Assembly: GCA_965219415.1 (NCBI GenBank)
Contig: CBDCNP010000002.1
Coordinates: 4,832,001 to 4,896,000, forward strand
Direction: 5' to 3'
Length of the DNA: 64,000 nt
Source: Candidatus Marinacidobacterales bacterium
GTDB taxonomy: Bacteria; Acidobacteriota; Vicinamibacteria; Marinacidobacterales; DATDRI01
Part shown: in pieces, positions 53,701 through 64,000 of the stretch
How the letters are laid out: the number at the start of each line of letters is the position of its first letter
Position numbering within the stretch: the stretch's first letter is position 1
Made by a program: the position numbers and the translations under genes
Notes under the pieces: generated by a model
Database searches by the model: none
What the model saw: the letters and a program-made list of their open reading frames with translations, nothing else
What the model was told of the DNA's origin: nothing

Positions 53701-54882
53701 TTGCTACGCGGCTGCGGGCAGTGGTACAGGTGCGGAAGAGACCGGGTTGCGCGCCCTACTGAGCACGAAAACCTCGATCCGCGACCGCAAAGGAATCGTC
53801 GTCGCCAAGAAGATGTCTCGAAAGGTGAGCCGTCGCGTGGTCAGACCAGCCTGCATAGCCGGAGTTCGGATCTCACGTCCGAACTTCAGAGCTCCGTGCG
53901 GTCGGACGAAGTTGTAATAGCAACGGAGCAACTCTAGGTGCTCATCGAGCCTCTCCGTCGAGCGAGCGTGGGAAAGCGTTCGTCTCGAAAGGTATGCCGA
54001 GCTTTGCCGGATGGTCAGATTTAACCGCTCGATGAACGACGTGTTCAATGTCGAGGAGTCCTCGGAGTTATTGAGCGCGTCTTCGAATCGCCACGCGGCT
54101 CCGTGCAGCGCTCTGCGTTCGACCTTGATGATGCGACCGTTCCTGCGCGTCTTGAGGACCTGGCCGTAGAGACACGCTGGCCCGAAGAAGCGACGGATGA
54201 CCTTCTGGTAGAATTCGAATCCATCCGTGACGATCAAGGGAAGACGTCCGAAACTCATCCGTCTCGAAAGGTCGCGAAACAGAGCGTGAGTGTTCCGGTA
54301 GCTTCGCCTTCCCGTCACCGTCGATGGCCAGAGCCGAGACCAGACTTCGATTGTAACGAAGACCCAACTCGGTGTCTTCCTGTTGCCCGCGAACGTGCGA
54401 ATCTCGTCGGCTTGAAGCTCTTCGGCAGCGAAGCCAGCGATCCTTCTGTGATTGAATCGACGACACACTTGGGCTGCCTTCTCGAGCCAGCGGGCGACGG
54501 TGTTCCAGGCAATCCCTTTGATCCGGGAAATCGAGGAAATGCTGACACCCTCGACTCTGAGAGCGATGACCCCCCATCGAAAGTAGCTCTTCGATGTTGG
54601 AGACGGTAGTAGGGCGTGCCTTTCGTCGAGGAGAACGTCTTTCCGCACTCGCCGCACCGGTATCGACGGCGTTTCCCGGACCTGGTTCTGTAGAATCCGT
54701 GGCGAACGATGTTTCCGGAACTGACTTTGCGCCGCAACGGACATGCGAGATTGAGACATCTGCGATTCTTCACTTTGGCTCGGCCCTGAAGATGAAAGAA
54801 CTGTGTCTTCGGAATTCTGGTTCAAACTCTAGCACGCAGACCGGTTAGGGGCTGGCCGCCAACACTTAATTGCGGAAGCACC
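53701..54882 (-). mobile_element. IS1-family-like copy 2; frameshifted transposase; tip of the right TIR displaced to 52236-52255
   Basis: Near-identical to 837-2036; GGAG has become GGGGGG near 54570. Confidence 0.85.
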
Positions 54883-55178
54883 GTATTTGGATCGGGCGCA
54901 GGCCGACGATCGCTGGCACGTGATTCGCTAAAGCGCGGGGGATGAACTGGTGCAGATAAGCCGTAGCGTTGTCTGCATAGATCTACAATTCTCATTGGGC
55001 CAAAAAGTTGCGGGCTCAGATTGGCTCCTGTACATTTAGACTGAAAGTTCCGACCTGTGCCTGGAGCAATGTAGACGAGCAGGAGGATGGGAATGCGGCG
55101 AATTGCAGTGATCGGTGTGATGACTACGGCGGCGGCTGTCGTTTTGCCCTCGGCCTCACAGGCGTCAACTGGGAGGGG

Positions 55179-55678
55179 ATGATGGTGCAGAACTACGTTC
55201 GTCCCACCATCGCGCTACTGCTCGCTAGCATGGCCTGTTCCCATCTCTCGACGTCGTCGGTCCAACTGGAAGCGGAAAAGGCTGCGCTCAAGGAGGCTGC
55301 CGACACCTTTCATTCGGCAGCCGGGTCCATGGATGTGGACGGCTTGGTGTCTCACTACACGACCGATGTATTGTTACTGCCACCGGGTGCGAAAAGGATG
55401 CAGGGCGCGGAAGCAACCCGTGAATTCCTTTCCGGTTTCGCGGCTATTCCCGGAGCCAAGGCCCGGTTCGAAGACCCCCGGGTCGTTACAGTATCTAGGG
55501 GCGGAGACATCGCTATACGTTCGGAGACGCAGTCTTTTCGTTCGACGGCCCGGACGGAGAGACGGTAACTCAACACGTGAGGGAGCTACACCTCTGGGAG
55601 AAGCAAGAGGACGGCTCCTGGAAAATCATCGTCGATATGTGGAACTCGGGAACTTCCCCGCCAACCGATAGTGAATGA
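55179..55678 (+). pseudogene. DUF4440/NTF2-like lipoprotein, frameshifted near 55512
   Basis: The SMAC lipobox frame continues in another frame as YTFG…WEKQEDGSWKIIVDMWNS. Confidence 0.75.
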
Positions 55679-56372
55679 ACCGCAGGTGATACGTGCATCC
55701 GATGATTTCGGTCAAATACAGTTCAAGTCCCTTGCCTGGAACCTTGCGCCTCGTGGTGTAGAGGTCATCTCGATCTAACTATTATCTGGAAACGTCCTGA
55801 TAAACTATTGACACGACCAAAACTAGTGGTGCTTCCGCCATTAAGTGTTGGTGAGATGATGCTAAGACGTTACGGTGCATTTAATTACAGCCAAAATAGC
55901 GCTCGTGACCTTCGCTGCGCATTAAATGGAGCGTAAACGCCTCTTTTGCAAAGGGATGTGTGCACATCACCAACAGTAAACAGCGCAAGCCCCGATCAGA
56001 TGCCCTTCTGGCGCTTACAATTGTAAAGCCGAATGTAATGCTAGCGAGGGCCGCGCCGGTCAATCTTAAGGTGAGTGTAGTTGAGATTGGCCAATACATG
56101 GCTGAGCGCGCGGCCGTCGCTGCTACAGAGATACGCCTGGCCGCCCAGCCCAAGCTGAAGGATATCGGCTGAATCTTCGTTGACCGTTCCGTTCGACCCG
56201 ACGACGCCACGGGCGTCTTAGAAACGTGGAGAGGCTCGCCAGTGCCACGTCAGCTGGTCTCCGCGAATTTCGACAACGTCTCTAGGATTCGTTCTCGGGT
56301 GGGCGCAGGCCGACTGGCTGCGACCGCATCATCCCGACGCGGCGGCCAGTCTTGAACAAGAGGAGACATAGG

Positions 56373-57329
56373 ATGCGACTTTTTTCCATTCCTGTATGGG
56401 TCGCTGTGCTCGCCATGGGCTCGTGGGACGACCTCGCAGCGCCCCAGACATTGTGACGGGGCTTAGTGGTTGCCCCCGAATCTCGCTGCTCCCCGTACGA
56501 CGCAGACGACTATCGGTATCCGCAGTCCGTGGAGGACCGGATCGTCGCCGAGCTTGGCGGCGTCTATGGTCCCTATACGGGTCGCTGGTTCGCCAACAAA
56601 CGGGAGACAGACATTGAGCATATCGTCGCGCGCTCCGAGGCACACGACAGCGGGCTTTGTGCGGCGGATGAGGCGACCCGCCGACGCTTCGCAATGGACC
56701 TGCTGAATCTGACGCTGGCAAGTCCCGGCGTGAACCGGAACCAGAAGCGTGCTCGCGACGCCGCGGAGTGGTTACCTGACCAGAACCGGTGCTGGTTCGC
56801 GGACCGTAGCCTTGCGGTCCGCCGAAAGTACGGTCTGACGATAGACCAACGGGAGGCAGACGCCCTTGAGAGCGTGTTGTCTGGTTGCCAGTCGACCGAG
56901 CTGGTCGTGGTGGCCCGTGGTGCCTCACCGGCCGCTCAGGACATCACCCCGACGGCGGCCGATGCGCGTGAGACGCTTGTCGAGTGGGACGACAACGACG
57001 ATGGCCGTATCACGTGCGCCGAGGCCCGCGCGCATGGGATTGCCCCGGTGCGCCGCAACCATCCAGCCTACCCCTATATGCGCGATGGGGATGGAGATGG
57101 GATTGTCTGCGAGGCCGGTGGCAGTGAGACCAAGGGCGGCATTGCGCACCAAGAGCCAGCATCTGCGGCACGCAGCAGCAGGGCGCTCCGTCAATACGAC
57201 GAAAACGGCAACGGGCGTATCACGTGCGCCGAGGCCCGCGCGCATGGGATTGCCCCGGTGCGCCGCGGCCATCCCGCGTACCCCTACATGCGGGATGCCG
57301 ACGGGGACGGGGTGGTCTGCGAGCGATGA
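56373..57329 (+). pseudogene. Secreted DUF1524/HNH-like nuclease with two Excalibur Ca-binding repeats; in-frame TGA at 56454
   Basis: DIEHIV..EA, NL..VNR.K..DAAEWLP, and two DGDGDG.VCE repeats; the signal peptide is in frame upstream of the TGA. Confidence 0.75.
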
Positions 57330-57600
57330 ACGGTGCGGCCAAGGTCTGGATGCCTAACACCGTATCAAATCATCAATGATGAGGTATGAGAGAACATCAT
57401 TCGTACCGCTCCATCAAAATCACGCGAACCGCCAGGTGCTTCCGCCATTAAGTGTTGGTGAGATGACGCTAAGACTTTACGGTGCATTAAATTACAGCCA
57501 AAATAGCGCTCGCGACCTTCGCTGCGCGCTAAATAGAGCGTAAACGACTCTTTGCAACTGGATACGTACACATCACCAACACTTAATGGCGGAAGCACCG

Positions 57601-58813
57601 TATGGAACGGAAGTGGCGAACCCAGAGCAATTGTTCCTTGAGCGTTTTGAAAAAACGTTCGATGCAGCCGTTGCCCCCGGGTTCACGGACGAAGGCGGGG
57701 CGAGGACTCGATCCCGAGGAACCGGATTTCGTTCTGAAAGTCATCGCTCATGAACTGCGATCCGTGATCGTGGCGAAGCTGGAGTCCTGTCGCGCCATGG
57801 GCGTGAAAGCCACCGAAGTGCTCGTTAACGCCTTGCCGGATCGGGTCCAGGGCCTCAAAACGAGTCGCCCGTTTGACCGCATGGATGCCGACACACTCCG
57901 CAGTGCAATGATCGACTGCGGCGAACACGGTGACCTGGCCCTCCTCGGTCGTCACGGTGGCTGTGGCGTCAATGCCCCACATCTGATTCGGGCGCTCGGT
58001 CACGATGGTTCCGGTATGCACCTTCTCGGCGACGGGCGCCGCTTGCCGCCGGGGCGCCAGCAGCTGCGCGTCCCGCATCAAGCGCAGGACCCGGGCCTTT
58101 GAGGTCCGGACACCCGCGATCCGGAGCCGGGCCCAGAATTTACGATGGCCTTCTCCGGTAAACGGCGAGGCCGCGATCTCCTGCCGGAGCCGTTCGGTCA
58201 GTTCCTTTGTCGCTGAACGCGGTCTTCGGTCTGCGCTTGCGTGCCTCGAGCGGATTGTGCCGCCGAGTCCGTTGCCAATAGTACGTCGACCGGGGCACGC
58301 CCCAGGCCCCCAAGACACGGGCCAGACCATACGGTGTTCCGGTGGAGGGCGACTTGGTCCGGCTCATCTGTTCGACCTCCATCGTAGAAAAGGGTTCTCA
58401 TCCTCCAGCTGCCGGATGCGTTCCTTCAACAGCTCGTTGTCCATCACCAGACCGGTCACTGCGGACTTCAGCGTCTTCTTCTCCTCGTCCGCCACCTCCC
58501 TCGTCCGGCTCTTCAGCCCGTCCTCGCCTCCTTGCAGAAACGCATCGCGCCAACTCGTCAGTGTCGCCGCCGTCACCGCGTACTTCCGGCTCGTCGCCTC
58601 CAGCTCGACGCCACGCATTAGCTCTAGCACCACCGTTACCTTCCGCCGGGCCGACCAACGGGCCTTCCCGCGTCGCGCTGAATCGGGGGCCGCTTCGGTC
58701 GCCCTACGGGCTCCCTGTGCCGCCCCCGATTCTGTATTTCTTCCTCTGGACATCGTGATCCTCCTGTTCGGTATTCTCTCAAATCACTGTCCAAAGAAAT
58801 CGTGGGGCGGGGG
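57601..58813 (-). mobile_element. IS3-family (type 1) copy; orfA at 58364-58753, orfB frameshifted and truncated
   Basis: Similar to 27081-28245. Confidence 0.85.
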
Positions 58814-58904
58814 ATCGTCTGCATGGTGACGACCCGTCCACCTAAGACGATTGTAGAGCCTACGGCCCTTGGCACGGTCGCAAACACAGACTCTAAGCTG
58901 TTGA

Positions 58905-60162
58905 TGGACTTGACCCGCTTTCGTGGACACCTAATCCTTTGGGAGACAGGAGTCCACGATGTCAAAGCAGGGAAACAGATACGCGGCCGAGTTCCGGCGC
59001 CAAATGGTAGAGCTGGTGCGAGCTGGCCGCGGCTCCGAAGAGCTGGCGCGAGAGTTTGAGCCCTCGGGCCAGACGATCCGGAACTGGGTGAACCAGGCGG
59101 ATCTCGACGAGGGTCGCAGGCAGGACGGTCTGACGAGTGAGGAGCGTGCGGAGCTCCGCCGCCTGCGACGGGAGAACCGTTAACTACGGTTGGAGCGGGA
59201 GATCCTCTCAAAAGCCGCGGCCTGGTTCGCTCGGGAGACCGAGTCGGTACCACCGAAGCCTTCCGATTCGTGAGGGCGAACCAGGATTCACTACCGGTTG
59301 CCACGATGTGCCGACTGCTGGACGTCTCCGCCAGCGGCTACTATGCGTGGCTTGAGCGTGCCCCGTCGGCCCGCGCGGTGTCGGATGCGGAGTTGCTTGA
59401 GAAGATCCGGGCGATTCACACCGCGTCGCGGAGCACGTACGGCGCGCCGAGGATCCTCCACGAGCTACGAGAGACACACGAGCTCCACGTCTCACGCAAG
59501 CGTGTAGCGCGGCTAATGCGCGAGGCTGGCATTCAAGGTGTTCACCGGCGCAAGAGGGCGCACACTACGATTCGCTGTGACGACGCCCGTCCCGCCCCCG
59601 ATCTCGTCGACAGGAATTTCGAGGTGGACCGGCCCGACCGCCTGTGGGTCGCCGATATCACCTACGTGCCCACGTGGTCGGGCTTCTTGTTCCTCGCCGT
59701 CGTGCTGGACGCCTTCAGCCGACGCATCGTCGGATGGGCAATGGCTACCCACCTGCGGACGTCGCTCGTCTTGAGCGCCCTCGACATGGCGCTGTTCCAA
59801 CGCAAGCCCGGCGACGTCATCCATCACTCGGACCAGGGCACGCAGTACACGTCACTAGCGTTCGGCCAGCGATGCCGGGAGGCCGGGGTGCGACCGTCGA
59901 TGGGTTCAGTCGGGGACTGTTACGACAATGCGATGTGCGAGAGCTTCTTCGCGACGCTCGAGTGCGAGCTGATCGAGCGCCGGTCGTTTCGCTACCACGC
60001 TGAGGCGCGCATGGCGACCTTCGATTTCATCGAAGGCTGGTACAACCCGCGACGACGACACTCCGCCATCGACTATTGCTCGCCTATCCAATTCGAAAGG
60101 AGGTACTATCGCGACGCTTGATCCCTAACTCTTAACCTGTCCACGAAAGCGGGGTCACTTCA
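58905..60162 (+). mobile_element. IS3-family (type 2) copy 1; orfA with premature TAA at 59181, orfB at 59270-60121
   Basis: TG…CA ends with GACCC(C)GCTTTCGTGGACA IR; WVADITY, HSDQG, DNAMCESFF motifs. Confidence 0.92.
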
Positions 60163-60731
60163 CTATTTCAAAAGGGCCGAGTTTTGGCACAGGACGGGGT
60201 CGGCAGCTGCCGTCGCGAGCTCCTTGAGCATGTCGTGGTTCTCGGCGCATGTCATCTCATCCGGCTCGTGCGAGCTTACATCAGCTACTATCACGAGGAC
60301 CGTTGCCACTTGGGGCTGAACAAGGACACACCGAGCTTGAGAGCGGTCACGCACCGACCGTCTCCTACGGCGAAAGTAGTCGCACTGCCGCGAGTCGGTG
60401 GATTGCACCACCGATACGAGTGGCGAGAGGCAGCCTGAGTCAGCTTGGTCGCTCGGCTGGTCGCCGAGAAGTTCGTCCTCAGCACCTTCCCTCGCGCGCT
60501 GACCACGCTCTCCAGCATGTGCTCGAGGGCAGTCCGGGCCTAGAGTCCAGTCCCGGACAAATAATGATGATGGACAGCATTATATACGGAAGTCACATCC
60601 CACCCACTACCGGAGGCGTCGTGTCCAAAAACACAAACGAACTCAAGTCCCTTGCGCCGCCTTGGCCCGGTCGCAAACACAGACACTAAGCTGCTGATTT
60701 ATGGTCTATTTCAAAAGGGCCGAGTTTTGGG

Positions 60732-61989
60732 TGAAGTGACCCCGCTTTCGTGGACAGGTTAAGAGTTAGGGATCAAGCGTCGCGATAGTACCTCCTTTCG
60801 AATTGGATAGGCGAGCAATAGTCGATGGCGGAGTGTCGTCGTCGCGGGTTGTACCAGCCTTCGATGAAATCGAAGGTCGCCATGCGCGCCTCAGCGTGGT
60901 AGCGAAACGACCGGCGCTCGATCAGCTCGCACTCGAGCGTCGCGAAGAAGCTCTCGCACATCGCATTGTCGTAACAGTCCCCGACTGAACCCATCGACGG
61001 TCGCACCCCGGCCTCCCGGCATCGCTGGCCGAACGCTAGTGACGTGTACTGCGTGCCCTGGTCCGAGTGATGGATGACGTCGCCGGGCTTGCGTTGGAAC
61101 AGCGCCATGTCGAGGGCGCTCAAGACGAGCGACGTCCGCAGGTGGGTAGCCATTGCCCATCCGACGATGCGTCGGCTGAAGGCGTCCAGCACGACGGCGA
61201 GGAACAAGAAGCCCGACCACGTGGGCACGTAGGTGATATCGGCGACCCACAGGCGGTCGGGCCGGTCCACCTCGAAATTCCTGTCGACGAGATCGGGGGC
61301 GGGACGGGCGTCGTCACAGCGAATCGTAGTGTGCGCCCTCTTGCGCCGGTGAACACCTTGAATGCCAGCCTCGCGCATTAGCCGCGCTACACGCTTGCGT
61401 GAGACGTGGAGCTCGTGTGTCTCTCGTAGCTCGTGGAGAATCCTCGGCGCGCCGTACGTGCTCCGCGACGCGGTGTGAATCGCCCGGATCTTCTCAAGCA
61501 ACTCCGCATCCGACACCGCGCGGGCCGACGGGGCACGCTCAAGCCACGCATAGTAGCCGCTGGCGGAGACGTCCAGCAGTCGGCACATCGTGGCAACCGG
61601 TAGTGAATCCTGGTTCGCCCTCACGAATCGGAAGGCTTCGGTGGTACCGACTCGGTCTCCCGAGCGAACCAGGCCGCGGCTTTTGAGAGGATCTCCCGCT
61701 CCAACCGTAGTTGACGGTTCTCCCGTCGCAGGCGGCGGAGCTCCGCACGCTCCTCACTCGTCAGACCGTCCTGCCTGCGACCCTCGTCGAGATCCGCCTG
61801 GTTCACCCAGTTCCGGATCGTCTGGCCCGAGGGCTCAAACTCTCGCGCCAGCTCTTCGGAGCCGCGGCCAGCTCGCACCAGCTCTACCATTTGGCGCCGG
61901 AATTCGGCCGCGTATCTGTTTCCCTGCTTTGACATCGTGGACTCCTGTCTCCCAAAGGATTAGGTGTCCACGAAAGCGGGTCAAGTCCA
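60732..61989 (-). mobile_element. IS3-family (type 2) copy 2, intact (orfA 61621-61935, orfB 60773-61624)
   Basis: Inverted, near-identical copy of 58905-60162. Confidence 0.92.
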
Positions 61990-62041
61990 TGGCACAGGAC
62001 GCGATCCAGCTGTGGGACCCACCCCGCGTTTACATGAAAGG

Positions 62042-64000
62042 TCACGTCGATTTGCGGCGGCGAACCCCTCGTGTTCGCGGTCGGCGCTTGCCCTTGCCCG
62101 CAGCCTTTGCGGTCAACGGGGCCTGTAGGCGCTCGTACAAAGCAAAGAGGTACTCGACGCGTTCGCGCTCGGACGTGAAGCCCGCACGGCGGTAGAGACG
62201 GTCGACGGCGCGGTCCAGCGCGTGATGTGCTCTTCGGAGGTTCGGCGGCATCAGGTCGGGGTCGTAGAGAGCGGCCAATGTCGCGTCCGGGTGAGCGGCG
62301 CGGGCGTCGAGCACGGCCTGCGCAAGCAGCTCCAGTGCCAACAAACTCGCGTTCTCGCTCTTGAAGCCGGGCGGTGTCGGGAAAGCGTTGTAAACGACAC
62401 CGATGGAGTAGCGGTAGTCGCTTTTCAACCGCCCGCCGATGTGGCGTAGCCATGCCATGTGCATGGCTGAGGTCAGCAGGGCGAAATCAGCTAATGTGGC
62501 GTCTTTCAGAACCCGAACAAGGTTGCTCGGGATTACCGGCGGCTTCAGCCAGTCTATAGGGACGTATTCACGCCGTTCAGAGCTGACCTCCGGCAGAACG
62601 AGGAACGGGGCGGCCGGCAGGATGTTCACTTGCCAGAGCGTGGGTGTCTCAGCCAGTTTCAGTGTGGACGTTCGTTTGCTGGTCCTTCGGTAAGCGCGAA
62701 CGGCGGCGATGCGTTCTCTGACTCGTGGCAGTTGCGCCAGAGTAGCGGGCGAAGCGTCATGCAACGCAAGAATCCAGCGCTCGCCACCTTGTAGGTACTC
62801 ACGAGCGCCGACGAAAGGACGCAACAAAGTCGCTGCGTCCGGTTCGGCATCCAGGAACGCGAGTCGTTCCTCAGCATTGAAAATGTAGAGTCCATCGTCG
62901 ATGGGCTGGGAGCCGGTGACCAGTTGAATCAGTCCGTTTATCGTCCTGCCCTCTTCTCGGACGACGAGGTGGGGATTGGCTAGTGCCCCGCCATCGAATA
63001 GGTAGGGCGTGATCACGGCGTGTCGGCTTTCGAGCGACTCCCCGTTGAGGTCCTCGTAGGCGAACAGCCTCCTGTCCCGTGGCACAAGCTCGGTCGTGTC
63101 CAGTCCGATGATGACCACATGCACGTGGGCCTTGCCGCGAGCGTCAGAACCCCATGCAAACGTCCGGTGGGCAAAGGCGATCTCCAAACGGTGGCGGTCA
63201 AGTAGCAGCGGCCACAGCTGCGCGACCTGCTCGCCTTGGGTAATCGAGTTGGTTGCGACGAAGCCGATCCTCGGTGGCTGACTGCTGTTCTCCTGCTGCG
63301 TGCGCCGCACGTACTCGCCGGCACGAATGAACCACGCGGCCACGTAGTCGAGCGTGCCGCCGCTACCGCCAAGCGCCGCGACACGGCGCACCTGCGCCCG
63401 CTGACCTGCCGATTGGTACTTTGAGCCCCCGAAGGGCGGGTTCCCGAACACGTACGAGCAGGCGTCCGGCGGCAACACTTCACCCCAGTCGATCTCCAGC
63501 GCGTCGGCGTGGTGAATGTGGGGCGACTTCTCGATCGGAATTCGCGCGTACGTCTTGCCGAACTCCAGGCTCAGCCGGTTGTTCATGATGTGGTCCATCA
63601 TCCAGAGCGCGGTCGCGGCGATGCGCGCCGGGAACTCGCTGATCTCAATGCCGTAGAACTGATCCACATCGACTACCGACTGCACCTCCAGTTTCAGTTG
63701 GGTAGCGTCTGTGCGCGACGCCATCTCCCGCAACACTTCGGTTTCCAGAGAGCGCAACTCCCGGTAGGCGATGATGAGGAAGTTGCCGCAACCGCACGCC
63801 GGATCGAACAGGCGAAGCGTGCCGAGTCGGTCCCGAAACTTCCGCAGATCGGCTACGCTGCGGCCGTCCCGACGTCCCTGAAGCTTCTGGAACTCCGCAC
63901 GCAGATCGTCGAGAAACAACGGCTCGATCACCTTCAGGATGTTTTTCTCGGTGGTGTAGTGCGCACCCTGCGCGCGCCGGTCGGCTGGTTCCATGACCGC
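62042..64000 (-). CDS. MmeI/YeeA-like type IIL/IIG restriction-modification adenine methyltransferase (5' end beyond the window)
   Basis: GAHYT, DPACGCGNFL, GNPPF, TNSITQGEQ, GGRLKSDYRYS and LYDP..MP motifs. Confidence 0.92.
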   Translation of the reverse strand, partial: AVMEPADRRAQGAHYTTEKNILKVIEPLFLDDLRAEFQKLQGRRDGRSVADLRKFRDRLGTLRLFDPACGCGNFLIIAYRELRSLETEVLREMASRTDATQLKLEVQSVVDVDQFYGIEISEFPARIAATALWMMDHIMNNRLSLEFGKTYARIPIEKSPHIHHADALEIDWGEVLPPDACSYVFGNPPFGGSKYQSAGQRAQVRRVAALGGSGGTLDYVAAWFIRAGEYVRRTQQENSSQPPRIGFVATNSITQGEQVAQLWPLLLDRHRLEIAFAHRTFAWGSDARGKAHVHVVIIGLDTTELVPRDRRLFAYEDLNGESLESRHAVITPYLFDGGALANPHLVVREEGRTINGLIQLVTGSQPIDDGLYIFNAEERLAFLDAEPDAATLLRPFVGAREYLQGGERWILALHDASPATLAQLPRVRERIAAVRAYRRTSKRTSTLKLAETPTLWQVNILPAAPFLVLPEVSSERREYVPIDWLKPPVIPSNLVRVLKDATLADFALLTSAMHMAWLRHIGGRLKSDYRYSIGVVYNAFPTPPGFKSENASLLALELLAQAVLDARAAHPDATLAALYDPDLMPPNLRRAHHALDRAVDRLYRRAGFTSERERVEYLFALYERLQAPLTAKAAGKGKRRPRTRGVRRRKST

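Noticed and set aside
56454-56456. Selenocysteine or programmed readthrough at the in-frame TGA
   Set aside because: The position is non-catalytic, a TGG-to-TGA change is simpler, no SECIS-like hairpin is evident, and the tRNA-like gene lacks a UCA anticodon.
57006-57323. Two ~105 bp direct repeats as a DGR template/variable pair
   Set aside because: Both are in-frame Excalibur domains, the differences are not adenine-specific, and no reverse transcriptase is present.
9-62001. Recurrent A-end and MITE repeats as a CRISPR array or attC array
   Set aside because: Spacing is irregular, both orientations occur, they are identical to TIRs of transposase-bearing elements, and no intI is present.

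Overview
A 64 kb accessory region, probably bacterial and GC-rich, that is almost entirely a mosaic. About 25 copies (manual count) of one IS terminus (…GGGCCGAGTTTTGGCACAGGACGGG), ends and MITEs of at least six other elements, and intact or broken IS1-, IS3-, IS21-, IS256-, IS110/IS1111- and rve/IS481-like elements join short unrelated cargo segments. Cargo is rich in defence-type genes (Mrr, DinJ-YafQ, type I RM fragments, an MmeI-like methyltransferase, solo PD-(D/E)XK and HEPN-like proteins, a DUF1828 module, a clipped CRISPR array) and also includes TonB receptors, an NSS transporter and a giant M14 peptidase. The best candidates for something new are: (1) an intact MITE-bracketed four-gene operon encoding an Arm-like/P-loop GTPase, a minimal Shedu/DUF4263 nuclease, an SF2 helicase and a small protein; (2) a promoter-ORF-hairpin-tRNA-like unit with a very long variable arm; (3) an IS1111 inserted in the terminal repeat of an IS1-like element, with readable target and donor guides in its non-coding end; (4) the IS-end-jointed cassette architecture itself, for which an assembly artefact must be excluded. 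All family assignments come from reading motifs by eye; no database searches were run.
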